Shown: positions 18,495 through 27,033 of the stretch, piece by piece
Position numbering within the stretch: the stretch's first letter is position 1
Layout: each line of letters begins with the position of its first letter
Virus record (IMG/VR): IMGVR_UViG_3300035670_000026
Location: 64,001-128,000 of that record
From: a virus
Direction: 5' to 3' (one strand)
DNA length: 64,000 nucleotides
The notes under the pieces: generated by a model
The model's input: the letters and a program-made list of their open reading frames with translations, nothing else
Told to the model about the DNA's origin: nothing
Database searches by the model: none
Position numbers and translations under genes: made by a program

Positions 18495-20225
18495 ATGGCA
18501 GAAACATTAATATCTCCTGGTGTATTAGCGTTAGAAAACGACAATTCATTTGTATCGTCTCAACCTGTAACCGTAGGAGCAGCTATTATCGGTCCTACTG
18601 TAAAAGGTCCTGTAAACGTACCAACAATTGTTACATCTTATAGCGATTACCAAAATAAATTTGGTACTACTTTTTTAAGTGCAAGCCAAGTTTACAGCTA
18701 CTTTACTTCAATTGCTGCTTACAACTATTTCAACAATGGTGGTCAAACCTTATTAGTTTCAAGAGTAGTAACTGGTTCATTTACTAGCGCAACTACAGCT
18801 ACTGGTTCAGGTACTCCCATAATAGAATCAACTAATATTGAAGCTTTAGTATTAAAAACTATTTCTCAAGGTGAAATTATGAATAACACTGGATCTATGG
18901 ATATCAGTGGTTCTTTAGTTTCTGGTTCAGTCGATAATATTAGATGGCAAGTTACTAACAGAGATACATCATCTGGTACATTTAGTTTATTAGTTAGACA
19001 AGGTGATGATAATGCAAATACTCCAATTGTACTAGAAACTTGGACTAATTTATCAATGGACCCAACAGCTCCTAACTATGTATCTAGAATAATTGGTGAC
19101 CAATACAGACAATATAATTCAACAGATAACCAAATTGAAGTAATTGGAACTTATCCTAACAACTCAAGATATGTCTATGTATCTAGTGTTAATACTCCTA
19201 CACCATTATATTTTGATAACAATGGTTTAGCTAAAGCAGCATTTACCGGTTCAATTCCTATAAATGGTAGTGGTTCATTTGGAGCAGCTACCGGTGCTTT
19301 ATTTGTAGGAGTTGCTGATTATTACAATGCTATTGATTTAGCTACAACAACTCCACAAGGTATTTCAGCAAGTGCTTACACTAATATGGTTAATTTATTA
19401 GGTAATGCTGATGATTATAGATATAATGTATTATTAACCCCTGGTTTATTCTCTTCAACAGCTAATTTAGGTGCTTCTCAAGTAACTACAGCAATCAATA
19501 ATACTCAAAATAGAGGAGATGCAATTTACGTAACCGATTTAGTACCATTTAGTTCAAGTATCTCAGAAGTAACTACTCAAGCAAATGCTAAAAATACTTC
19601 ATATGCTGCTGCTTACTGGCCTTGGTTACAAACCATCGATCCAGATTCAGCTCAATTAGTATGGGTACCAGCTTCAACAATGATTGGTGGTGTTTATGCT
19701 TACAACGATAACGTAAGTGAGCCATGGTTTGCACCAGCAGGTATTAACAGAGGTGGATTAGGTAACGTAGTAAGAGCTGAAAAGAAATTGTCTCAAGCTA
19801 ACCGCGATACTTTATATACAAATAAAGTTAACCCAATTGCAACATTCCCTGGAACAGGAGTTGTAGTATACGGACAGAAAACATTACAAACTAAAGCATC
19901 TGCACTTGACCGTGTAAACGTTCGTAGATTGTTAATCCAACTTAAGTCTTATATTTCTCAAGTAGCTCAAAACTTAGTGTTCGAACAAAACACAATCGCT
20001 ACAAGAAACCAATTCTTAAGCCAAGTTAACCCATACTTAGAATCAGTACAACAACGTCAAGGTTTGTACGCGTTTAAGGTGATCATGGACGATAGCAATA
20101 ATACAGCTGATGTAATTGATAGAAACCAGATGGTAGGTCAAATTTATATTCAACCTACTAAAACAGCAGAATTTATTTACTTGGATTTCAACATCTTACC
20201 TACAGGTGCTACTTTCCCAGCGTAA
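18495..20225 (+). CDS. Tail sheath protein (gp18-like)
   Basis: ISPGV..E.D.S; IIGPTVKGP; PWFAPAGINRG; VNPIATFPGTGVVVYGQKTL; RVNVRRLL; IQPTKTAEFIYLDF. Confidence 0.97.
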   Translation: MAETLISPGVLALENDNSFVSSQPVTVGAAIIGPTVKGPVNVPTIVTSYSDYQNKFGTTFLSASQVYSYFTSIAAYNYFNNGGQTLLVSRVVTGSFTSATTATGSGTPIIESTNIEALVLKTISQGEIMNNTGSMDISGSLVSGSVDNIRWQVTNRDTSSGTFSLLVRQGDDNANTPIVLETWTNLSMDPTAPNYVSRIIGDQYRQYNSTDNQIEVIGTYPNNSRYVYVSSVNTPTPLYFDNNGLAKAAFTGSIPINGSGSFGAATGALFVGVADYYNAIDLATTTPQGISASAYTNMVNLLGNADDYRYNVLLTPGLFSSTANLGASQVTTAINNTQNRGDAIYVTDLVPFSSSISEVTTQANAKNTSYAAAYWPWLQTIDPDSAQLVWVPASTMIGGVYAYNDNVSEPWFAPAGINRGGLGNVVRAEKKLSQANRDTLYTNKVNPIATFPGTGVVVYGQKTLQTKASALDRVNVRRLLIQLKSYISQVAQNLVFEQNTIATRNQFLSQVNPYLESVQQRQGLYAFKVIMDDSNNTADVIDRNQMVGQIYIQPTKTAEFIYLDFNILPTGATFPA

Positions 20226-20264
20226 TTTTTTAAAAGTTGAATATTTATAATAAAATAAAATAAA

Positions 20265-20753
20265 ATGGCAGTATTAGATCCAAACGAAATATTTTTCACA
20301 GCTTTTGAACCAAAGCAAACCAATCGATTTATTATGTATATCGATGGTATTCCTGCTTACGAAATCAAAGGTGTGGGTGCTGTAAACTTAACTCAAAGCA
20401 CAGTACCTCTTAATCACATTAACGTACAACGTTTCGTTAAAGGTAAAACAACTTGGGGTACTATCCAGTTTACACTATTTGATCCAATTACTCCTTCAGG
20501 TGCTCAAGCTGTAATGGAATGGGTTCGTTTACATCACGAATCTGTAACTGGTAGAGATGGTTACAGTGATTTCTATAAGAAAGATTTAACTTTCAACGTA
20601 TTAGGACCTGTAGGTGATATCGTATCAGAATGGATTATTAAAGGTGCATTAATTACTGAATCAAATTTTGGTGATTATAACTGGGATGATGATGGTACTG
20701 CCGTAAACATCACAATGACAGTTCAACCAGATTACTGTATCTTGAACTTCTAA
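20265..20753 (+). CDS. Tail tube protein (gp19-like)
   Basis: FEPKQTNRF; GKTTWGTIQFTLFDP; FYKKDL; SEWIIKGA; follows the sheath gene. Confidence 0.92.
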   Translation: MAVLDPNEIFFTAFEPKQTNRFIMYIDGIPAYEIKGVGAVNLTQSTVPLNHINVQRFVKGKTTWGTIQFTLFDPITPSGAQAVMEWVRLHHESVTGRDGYSDFYKKDLTFNVLGPVGDIVSEWIIKGALITESNFGDYNWDDDGTAVNITMTVQPDYCILNF

Positions 20754-20770
20754 TTAATAAAAATAAATTT

Positions 20771-20807
20771 AAAAGAGCTCGCGATTTTTCGCGAGCTTCT
20801 TTTTTTC
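20771..20807 (+). terminator. Rho-independent terminator after tail tube
   Basis: AGCTCGCGA-tttt-TCGCGAGCT hairpin followed by a T run. Confidence 0.85.
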
Positions 20808-20852
20808 TCATATATTTATATACGACAACAAAGTTATTAATAAAAACAATTT

Positions 20853-21611
20853 ATGACCGAATTTAAGTTCCCAACCGAAACAATCGATTTACCTTCAAAA
20901 GGTTTATTATATCCTGAAGGTTCACCTCTAGCAGAAGGTAAAATCGAAATGAAATACATGACTGCTAGAGAAGAAGATATTTTAAGCAATACAAACTATC
21001 TTAAGCAAGGTATTTGGTTAGACAAATTACTCCAATCAATGATTATAAGTAAAATTAATTATGATGATTTGTTACTTGGTGATAAAGATGCTATTATATT
21101 AGCAGCTCGTATTTTAGGTTATGGTAAAGATTATAGTTTTAGATATACTTTCCCATTATCAGATGTAGAAGAAACTGTTACTGTAGATTTAAGTTCTTTG
21201 AAAGAAAAAGAATTTGATACTTCTTTAATAAAAGAATCTAGAAAAAATGAATTTACTTTTGAATTTCCAACTACAGGTAATGTAATTACATTTAAATTGT
21301 TAACAGTTGGTGATGAAAAAGCTATAGAAAAAGAAATTCTTGGTTTGAAAAAAATTGATCCTAAAGGTTCATTTGAAATTTCAACTCGATTAAAAAATAT
21401 GATTATTTCTGTTAATGGTGATTATGAAAAGAAAACCATTAGAGAATTTGTAGATTATGGGTTATTAGCTCGCGACGCTAAAGCACTTAGAGAATACATT
21501 GGTAATATAAACCCAGGTGTAGATATGTCTTATACTCACATAACTGAAAACGGTGTAGAGGAGGACATCGTTATACCAGTAGGGCTTAACTTTTTTTGGC
21601 CTGACGCCTGA
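20853..21611 (+). CDS. Baseplate hub assembly / tail assembly chaperone (gp26-like)
   Basis: LPSKGLLYP; MTAREEDIL; GDKDAIILAARILGYG; ends GLNFFWPDA; lies between the tube and tape measure genes. Confidence 0.8.
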   Translation: MTEFKFPTETIDLPSKGLLYPEGSPLAEGKIEMKYMTAREEDILSNTNYLKQGIWLDKLLQSMIISKINYDDLLLGDKDAIILAARILGYGKDYSFRYTFPLSDVEETVTVDLSSLKEKEFDTSLIKESRKNEFTFEFPTTGNVITFKLLTVGDEKAIEKEILGLKKIDPKGSFEISTRLKNMIISVNGDYEKKTIREFVDYGLLARDAKALREYIGNINPGVDMSYTHITENGVEEDIVIPVGLNFFWPDA

Positions 21612-21867
21612 GTATAGAGCTTCACTCTTTATCCAAATACATGAAATTGTATTTCATGGACAAGGAGGATACAGCTGGGATATAATTTATGACATGCCTA
21701 TTTGGTTGCGAAATTTTACATACAATAAAATAAAAGAATTTCACGAAAAGAAAAACACACCAAAAGACACAGTTCAAGAATCAATCAAAAATATGAAATC
21801 AGCTGGAGCTACAGCTAGTACAAAAATACAAGTTCCAACCTATGTTACAAAGGCATCTAAAAAATGA
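21583..21867 (+). CDS. gp51-like chaperone extension in the +1 frame (no suitable start codon; probable frameshift product)
   Basis: Not in the ORF track. Reads FFGLTPEYRASLFIQIHEIVFHGQGGYSWDIIYDMPIWLRNFTY...KASKK*. Bounded upstream by TAG at 21580-21582 and overlaps the T7 run at 21591-21597. Confidence 0.7.
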   Translation, partial: GLTFFGLTPEYRASLFIQIHEIVFHGQGGYSWDIIYDMPIWLRNFTYNKIKEFHEKKNTPKDTVQESIKNMKSAGATASTKIQVPTYVTKASKK

Positions 21868-21875
21868 TGCCTTTT
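21849..21875 (+). terminator. Terminator-like hairpin at the end of the +1-frame ORF
   Basis: AAAGGCATC-taaaaaat-GATGCCTTT followed by T. Confidence 0.6.
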
Positions 21876-21896
21876 AATATTTATAACAAAAACTAA

Positions 21897-24497
21897 ATGG
21901 CTAAACAAAATTCTACTCAAAGACTTAATGAAGAATTAGGATTTCTGAGAGACCAAATTACATCAATTGGTGCTCAGATTGGTGAAGCTATTAATGAAAG
22001 ATTAGAAGAAACAGGAAATATTGTTGATAGAGTATCATCAACTATTAATAAAACAACTGCAAAAGCAGCTGTAAAATCTGTTACTGATTTAACTAAAGGT
22101 TTAGATAGTGCCCTTCAAAATCAATTAAAAATAAATCAAGGTGCTCTTAAGTTATCTGATATAACTAAAGCACAACAAGGTTTAGAATCTAGAAGATTAA
22201 CTTTAAAACAAAATCTTCAAAACCTAGAAAATTTAGGTTTAATTACAGCTAAGGAAAGAGCAAAACAAGAACAAGAATTATCAGAAGCTTTAAATAACGA
22301 AGCTAAAATTCTTAACAATCAAGCAAAAGAATATGACACTATTAACCAAAAATTAGGTGTTACTGGTAAATTAATAGGTGGTATTTCTAAAATTCCTGTC
22401 TTAGGAAATTTAATAGATGCTGAAGAAGCTTTAGGAGCGGCTCAATTAGAAGCAGCTAAAAAAGGTTCTACATCAGCAACTGTAATGAAAAAAGCATTCA
22501 GTTCATTAGGAAGTAGTTTAAAAACTAGTTTAATGGACCCTTTAACTGGTATAACATTAGTATTAGCTGGTGTTAAACAGTTATATAACATATTTAAAAA
22601 AGTTGATACCGAAACTGGTAACTTTGCTAAAGAAATGGGTATATCCTATAATGAAGCAAGAGCTACCAGAAAAGAATTTGAAGATATAGCAGCTAGCTCA
22701 GGTGATGTTAATATAACAGCATCTAAATTACTTCAATCTCAATTAGAAATTAATAAAGCATTAGGAGCTAATGCTAAGGTATCAGAAGAAGATTTAAAAA
22801 CATATACTCAATTAAGAGATGTTGCTGGAGTTGAACCAGAACTTTTAAATGAATCTCTTAAATTAAGTAAACTCCGTAATGTATCTTTAAAACAAGCTAC
22901 AACTTCTTTATTAGGTCAATTAAAAGTTACTAAAGCACAATTAGGTATTAACTTTAGTAATAAAGAAATAATGTCTGAAGTTGCTAAAACTTCAAATGTT
23001 ACTAAAATAGCATTAGGAGGTAGCACAGAAGCATTAGTAAAAGGTGTAGCACAAGCAAAAGCATTAGGTACAAGTTTAGATAAATTAGATAATTTAGCCG
23101 GTTCTTTACTTAATTTTGAAGAATCAATCTCAGCAGAATTAGAAGCTGAATTATTAACTGGTAGAGATTTAAATTTAGAAGGAGCTAGAAGAGCTGCTTT
23201 AAATAATGATTTAGTAGGATTAGGTCGTGAATTAAAAGCTCAGGGAGTTGATGCTGTTAAATTCGGTAAAATGAATAGACTTCAACAAGAGTCTATTGCT
23301 AAAGCTATGGGTATGAGCCGTGAAGAAATGGCTGACATGCTTATGGAACAACAAGCCCTTCAAACACTTGGTAAACAAAATATGGACCAAGTAAAAGAAG
23401 AGTATGAATTAGCACGTAAACAAGGTAAAGAAGCAGAATTTTTAGCTAAATTAGGTAATGATGAATTAGCATCCCAACTAAAAAATCAGTCTGTACAAGA
23501 AAGGATGGCCGTTGCTCAAGAAAAAATGCTTGCTGCTTTTGAAAAGTTATCTCCAATTATCGAATCTATTGTAACTCCAATTGCAAATGTTGCTGGAGCA
23601 TTAGCATCTTCAAAACCATTAATGGATGCTATTGTAAAAGGTGCTCTTATATTAGCTGGTATTAAATTTGCGAACTTCCTTAGTTTAGGAAAATCATTAG
23701 GAGGTATGAGTAGTATGTTTGGTGGAGGTGGTGCCGCGGGAGGTGCTGCTAAATCTTTAAGTGAAAAACAAATTGCTGCTGGTTTTGGGGGTAAAGCTGC
23801 TAAAGAAGCTCTTAAAACAGGAGGAATGGAAGCCGCACAAGCTGCTATGAAAGGTGGTGGTGGTGGATTATTTGGTAAGATTGGAGGATTTTTTAGCAAT
23901 ATGAATCCTTTAAAAGCCGTTAAAGGTAAAATAGGAAAAATAGCACCAAAATTATTAAAAATTCCTTTAATAAGTACTGTATTAGAAGGTATATTTGCTG
24001 GTCAAGATATTGCTAACCTAATTTCTGGGGGTGGTTCACTTAACGAAATATACAAAGGTATAGGTGTAAGAGGTGGTGAAGCTATTGGTGGTATTGGTGG
24101 GGCAGCTTTAGGAGCCGTAGTAGGATCACTAATCCCAGGTCCTGGTACTCTTATAGGTGGTATTTTAGGAGATGCTTTAGGAAGATGGGTAGGTGGTAGC
24201 TTAACAGAAGCATTAGGTGCTGAAGGATTTGGTAAAACAATTGCTTCAACTTTTGGATATGATAAAGACATTGAATCTGGAATTAAAGGGGGTGCGATAC
24301 AAGCTGAAGATTATGTAATTAAAACTTTACCTAAAGATACAGTAGTAGGTGCCGGTGGTACTAAATTAGGTAGAACAGATGAAATGGTAGCGTTGCTACA
24401 AGAACTTATAACTGCTGTTAAAACAGGTGGTAATGTTTATCTTGATGGTAATAAGGTTGGTACCGCAATGGGTATTAGTGCTTATAAAACTCAATAA
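21897..24497 (+). CDS. Tape measure protein
   Basis: Long helical Ala/Leu/Lys-rich protein, FEESISAELEAELLTG motif, C-terminal glycine-zipper hydrophobic segments; position after the chaperone. Confidence 0.85.
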   Translation: MAKQNSTQRLNEELGFLRDQITSIGAQIGEAINERLEETGNIVDRVSSTINKTTAKAAVKSVTDLTKGLDSALQNQLKINQGALKLSDITKAQQGLESRRLTLKQNLQNLENLGLITAKERAKQEQELSEALNNEAKILNNQAKEYDTINQKLGVTGKLIGGISKIPVLGNLIDAEEALGAAQLEAAKKGSTSATVMKKAFSSLGSSLKTSLMDPLTGITLVLAGVKQLYNIFKKVDTETGNFAKEMGISYNEARATRKEFEDIAASSGDVNITASKLLQSQLEINKALGANAKVSEEDLKTYTQLRDVAGVEPELLNESLKLSKLRNVSLKQATTSLLGQLKVTKAQLGINFSNKEIMSEVAKTSNVTKIALGGSTEALVKGVAQAKALGTSLDKLDNLAGSLLNFEESISAELEAELLTGRDLNLEGARRAALNNDLVGLGRELKAQGVDAVKFGKMNRLQQESIAKAMGMSREEMADMLMEQQALQTLGKQNMDQVKEEYELARKQGKEAEFLAKLGNDELASQLKNQSVQERMAVAQEKMLAAFEKLSPIIESIVTPIANVAGALASSKPLMDAIVKGALILAGIKFANFLSLGKSLGGMSSMFGGGGAAGGAAKSLSEKQIAAGFGGKAAKEALKTGGMEAAQAAMKGGGGGLFGKIGGFFSNMNPLKAVKGKIGKIAPKLLKIPLISTVLEGIFAGQDIANLISGGGSLNEIYKGIGVRGGEAIGGIGGAALGAVVGSLIPGPGTLIGGILGDALGRWVGGSLTEALGAEGFGKTIASTFGYDKDIESGIKGGAIQAEDYVIKTLPKDTVVGAGGTKLGRTDEMVALLQELITAVKTGGNVYLDGNKVGTAMGISAYKTQ

Positions 24498-24526
24498 TTT
24501 TAATATTTATAATAAAAAATACAACT

Positions 24527-24769
24527 ATGGGACTATTAGATTTACTTAAAAAAGGATCTGTATTAACTGATTTAGATGGTAAAACCCCAAAATCATATGA
24601 TGGTGTAACTCAATATGAAAAAGGTTTAGCAACATCTCAATTAGATTTAGATGGTAAAACACCTCTTGCATACGACAGACTCACTCAATACCAGAAAAGT
24701 TTAGCTGCATCTCAATTAGATTTAGACGGTACAACTCCTGAAAAATATTTGGATAACTTACCTGGGTAA
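24527..24769 (+). CDS. Small protein with 25-aa tandem repeats (DLDGKTP)
   Basis: GATTTAGAYGGT recurs at 24569, 24644 and 24719 (75-nt period). Confidence 0.7.
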   Translation: MGLLDLLKKGSVLTDLDGKTPKSYDGVTQYEKGLATSQLDLDGKTPLAYDRLTQYQKSLAASQLDLDGTTPEKYLDNLPG

Positions 24770-26733
24770 TGCCTTTAATCGATTTAAAGACTGACTTAAA
24801 GTCCCTGCGATATGGGAAGGATACTCTTGGAGGAGGGTATAGTGGACAACCCTATATTCAAACTCCAATTCCTGATGGCTTTAATGATTTAGGACCACGT
24901 GAAGATTTTATTTTAAGGGGAGGTGTAAACGCAATAGAAGATTCTCTTACTGACGTTAAACGCTTAACTAAAATGTTTATAGACACTAAATCACCAAATG
25001 GTTTATTGTTTATAGCAAAGCAACAGCTATTATCTCGTACAGCAGTTCGTACTCAAACAAGTGGTATTTTAAATGAAGGTATTTATTCCCCATTAAATAC
25101 ATTAGCTCAAGCCGGTGTTATAGCGTTTGGTACACATTTAAATAAACAAGGTATAAATCCGTTTGCCCAAACGGGAGCATATGCTAACAACAATTCTTTA
25201 TACGGTACTAGAGTTAAATCTACTCAACCTAATATTGAAAACAGATTAGTTAAATTATATAATGCTGTATCTGGTTCTACAATAGGTAATGACAATGGTA
25301 TAAAACTAAATGATGGTCAAAATGTTATAGTTTATACAGGAGGCCCTGGTTCTATTTTAGGAATAGGAAATACTGGTATAAGATATGTTGATAATATTAA
25401 CAGAACAGGTTTAAATAATTATCAAGCTAAATCCCCTACATTAAAACCTTATTTTGAAGGTAAAGCTCCAAAAATTGTAACTCCTGGAGATTATTTAAAA
25501 ACTATAGGAGATGCTATAAGTGATAAAGGTGTTTCTGGAAAATATTTAAGATTAACAGGAGATCGTTTAATTAATGCTTTTAATAGTGAAGGTAAACCTG
25601 TAGATGACTATTTTCATAATGTATATGAACCTGCTACTGAAGGTAATACATGGCCTGTAAATACTCCTTTAATTTACGCTAATAATACCTTTACTTATAA
25701 TCAAGAAGATATTATATCTACTGAAAATAATGTAGGTAAATTAGACGGTAGTCCAAGAACTCAAGATTTTAGAGCTATTTTAAGAACTAAATTACAAGGT
25801 ACTCAAAAGACTAAAGCAGAACAAACAGGCGCTACACCCGATGCTCCTAATTACAATACAAAAAACATAGAAAATAGAGTATTATTAGGAGACCCAGGTC
25901 AACGCTCAGGAAAAAGCTATGTTAATTATGAAAAAGGAGTTCAAACAATAAATGGATCTTCTATTTATTCTTCAATAGACATTGCTGGAATAGGATCATA
26001 CCAACCAGGATTAGATAAAATTACATCTATTCCTGTATATAGAAGTGAAAATGTAGCTTCTGAAAAATATGTAAATGATTTAGTTAAATTTAGAATTGCT
26101 ATTATAGATAATGATTCTCCTAATTTTAAAACATTCATACATTTTAGAGCATTTTTAGATTCAATGTCAGATTCTTACTCATCTACATGGAATGGATTTA
26201 ATTATTTAGGAAGAGGTGAACAATTTTACACTTATGGTGGGTTTACTCGACAAATGTCATTATCTTGGACAGTTGTTGCTCAGTCAAAGCAAGAACTTAT
26301 TCCAATGTATAAAAAATTAAATTATCTTGCCTCATCACTTACCCCAGATTATAGTCCAAATGGGTATATGAGAGGTAATTTAGTACAATTAACAATAGGT
26401 GGTTATGTTTATGAACAACCTGGTTTTATAACTGCTTTAACATATGATGTACCAAGTGAATCACCTTGGGAAATTGGTTTAGGTTCTAGTGAAGCTGGAA
26501 ATGAGGATTCCTCAGTTAAGGAATTACCACACATGATTAAAGTAACAGGATTTAGCTTTACCCCAATCCAAAGATTTATCCCAAGACTTCAAAATAATAC
26601 TTACGCATTTAATAATAACACAACAGGAAGTGTTGAAGATGATTTTGGATTTGTAAGTACCTATGGTCCTGAAAGATATATTGCTCTAGCTAATGGTGCA
26701 AATACTGTAAATAATAATTATGATAGTAATTAA
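24769..26733 (+). CDS. Baseplate / tube-initiator-type structural protein
   Basis: C-terminal FRAFLDSMSDSYSSTW...YLGRGEQFYTYGGFTRQMSLSW...LTIGGY...PGFITAL is consistent with a tube-fold baseplate protein; synteny. Confidence 0.6.
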   Translation: MPLIDLKTDLKSLRYGKDTLGGGYSGQPYIQTPIPDGFNDLGPREDFILRGGVNAIEDSLTDVKRLTKMFIDTKSPNGLLFIAKQQLLSRTAVRTQTSGILNEGIYSPLNTLAQAGVIAFGTHLNKQGINPFAQTGAYANNNSLYGTRVKSTQPNIENRLVKLYNAVSGSTIGNDNGIKLNDGQNVIVYTGGPGSILGIGNTGIRYVDNINRTGLNNYQAKSPTLKPYFEGKAPKIVTPGDYLKTIGDAISDKGVSGKYLRLTGDRLINAFNSEGKPVDDYFHNVYEPATEGNTWPVNTPLIYANNTFTYNQEDIISTENNVGKLDGSPRTQDFRAILRTKLQGTQKTKAEQTGATPDAPNYNTKNIENRVLLGDPGQRSGKSYVNYEKGVQTINGSSIYSSIDIAGIGSYQPGLDKITSIPVYRSENVASEKYVNDLVKFRIAIIDNDSPNFKTFIHFRAFLDSMSDSYSSTWNGFNYLGRGEQFYTYGGFTRQMSLSWTVVAQSKQELIPMYKKLNYLASSLTPDYSPNGYMRGNLVQLTIGGYVYEQPGFITALTYDVPSESPWEIGLGSSEAGNEDSSVKELPHMIKVTGFSFTPIQRFIPRLQNNTYAFNNNTTGSVEDDFGFVSTYGPERYIALANGANTVNNNYDSN

Positions 26734-27032
26734 TGAACAGATATCAAAACATACCGAAAACAAAAATTGAAGGAAATTTAGTATATCAAACATCAAGATA
26801 TCCTGAGGTACCTTTATCATCAAATGATATCTATGTTTATACTACTATAGGTGATAGGTTTGATACTTTATCTCAACAATATTATGGTAATAGTTCTTTG
26901 TGGTGGGTTATTTCAATTGCTAATACTGATAAAGTAAACCAAAGTACTTTAATAATTCCTGAAGGATTACAAATACGAATCCCAGCAAATTATTCTATCA
27001 TTGTTCAAGATTTTAATATAATAAACGCTTAA
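26733..27032 (+). CDS. LysM-like baseplate protein (gp53/tail X-like)
   Basis: GDRFDTLSQQYYGNSSLWWVISIAN...GLQIRIP. Confidence 0.85.
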   Translation: MNRYQNIPKTKIEGNLVYQTSRYPEVPLSSNDIYVYTTIGDRFDTLSQQYYGNSSLWWVISIANTDKVNQSTLIIPEGLQIRIPANYSIIVQDFNIINA

Positions 27033-27033
27033 T

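Noticed and set aside
23516-24271. Antisense Pro/Ala-rich ORFs within the tape measure gene
   Set aside because: Mirror of Gly/Ala codons on the coding strand.
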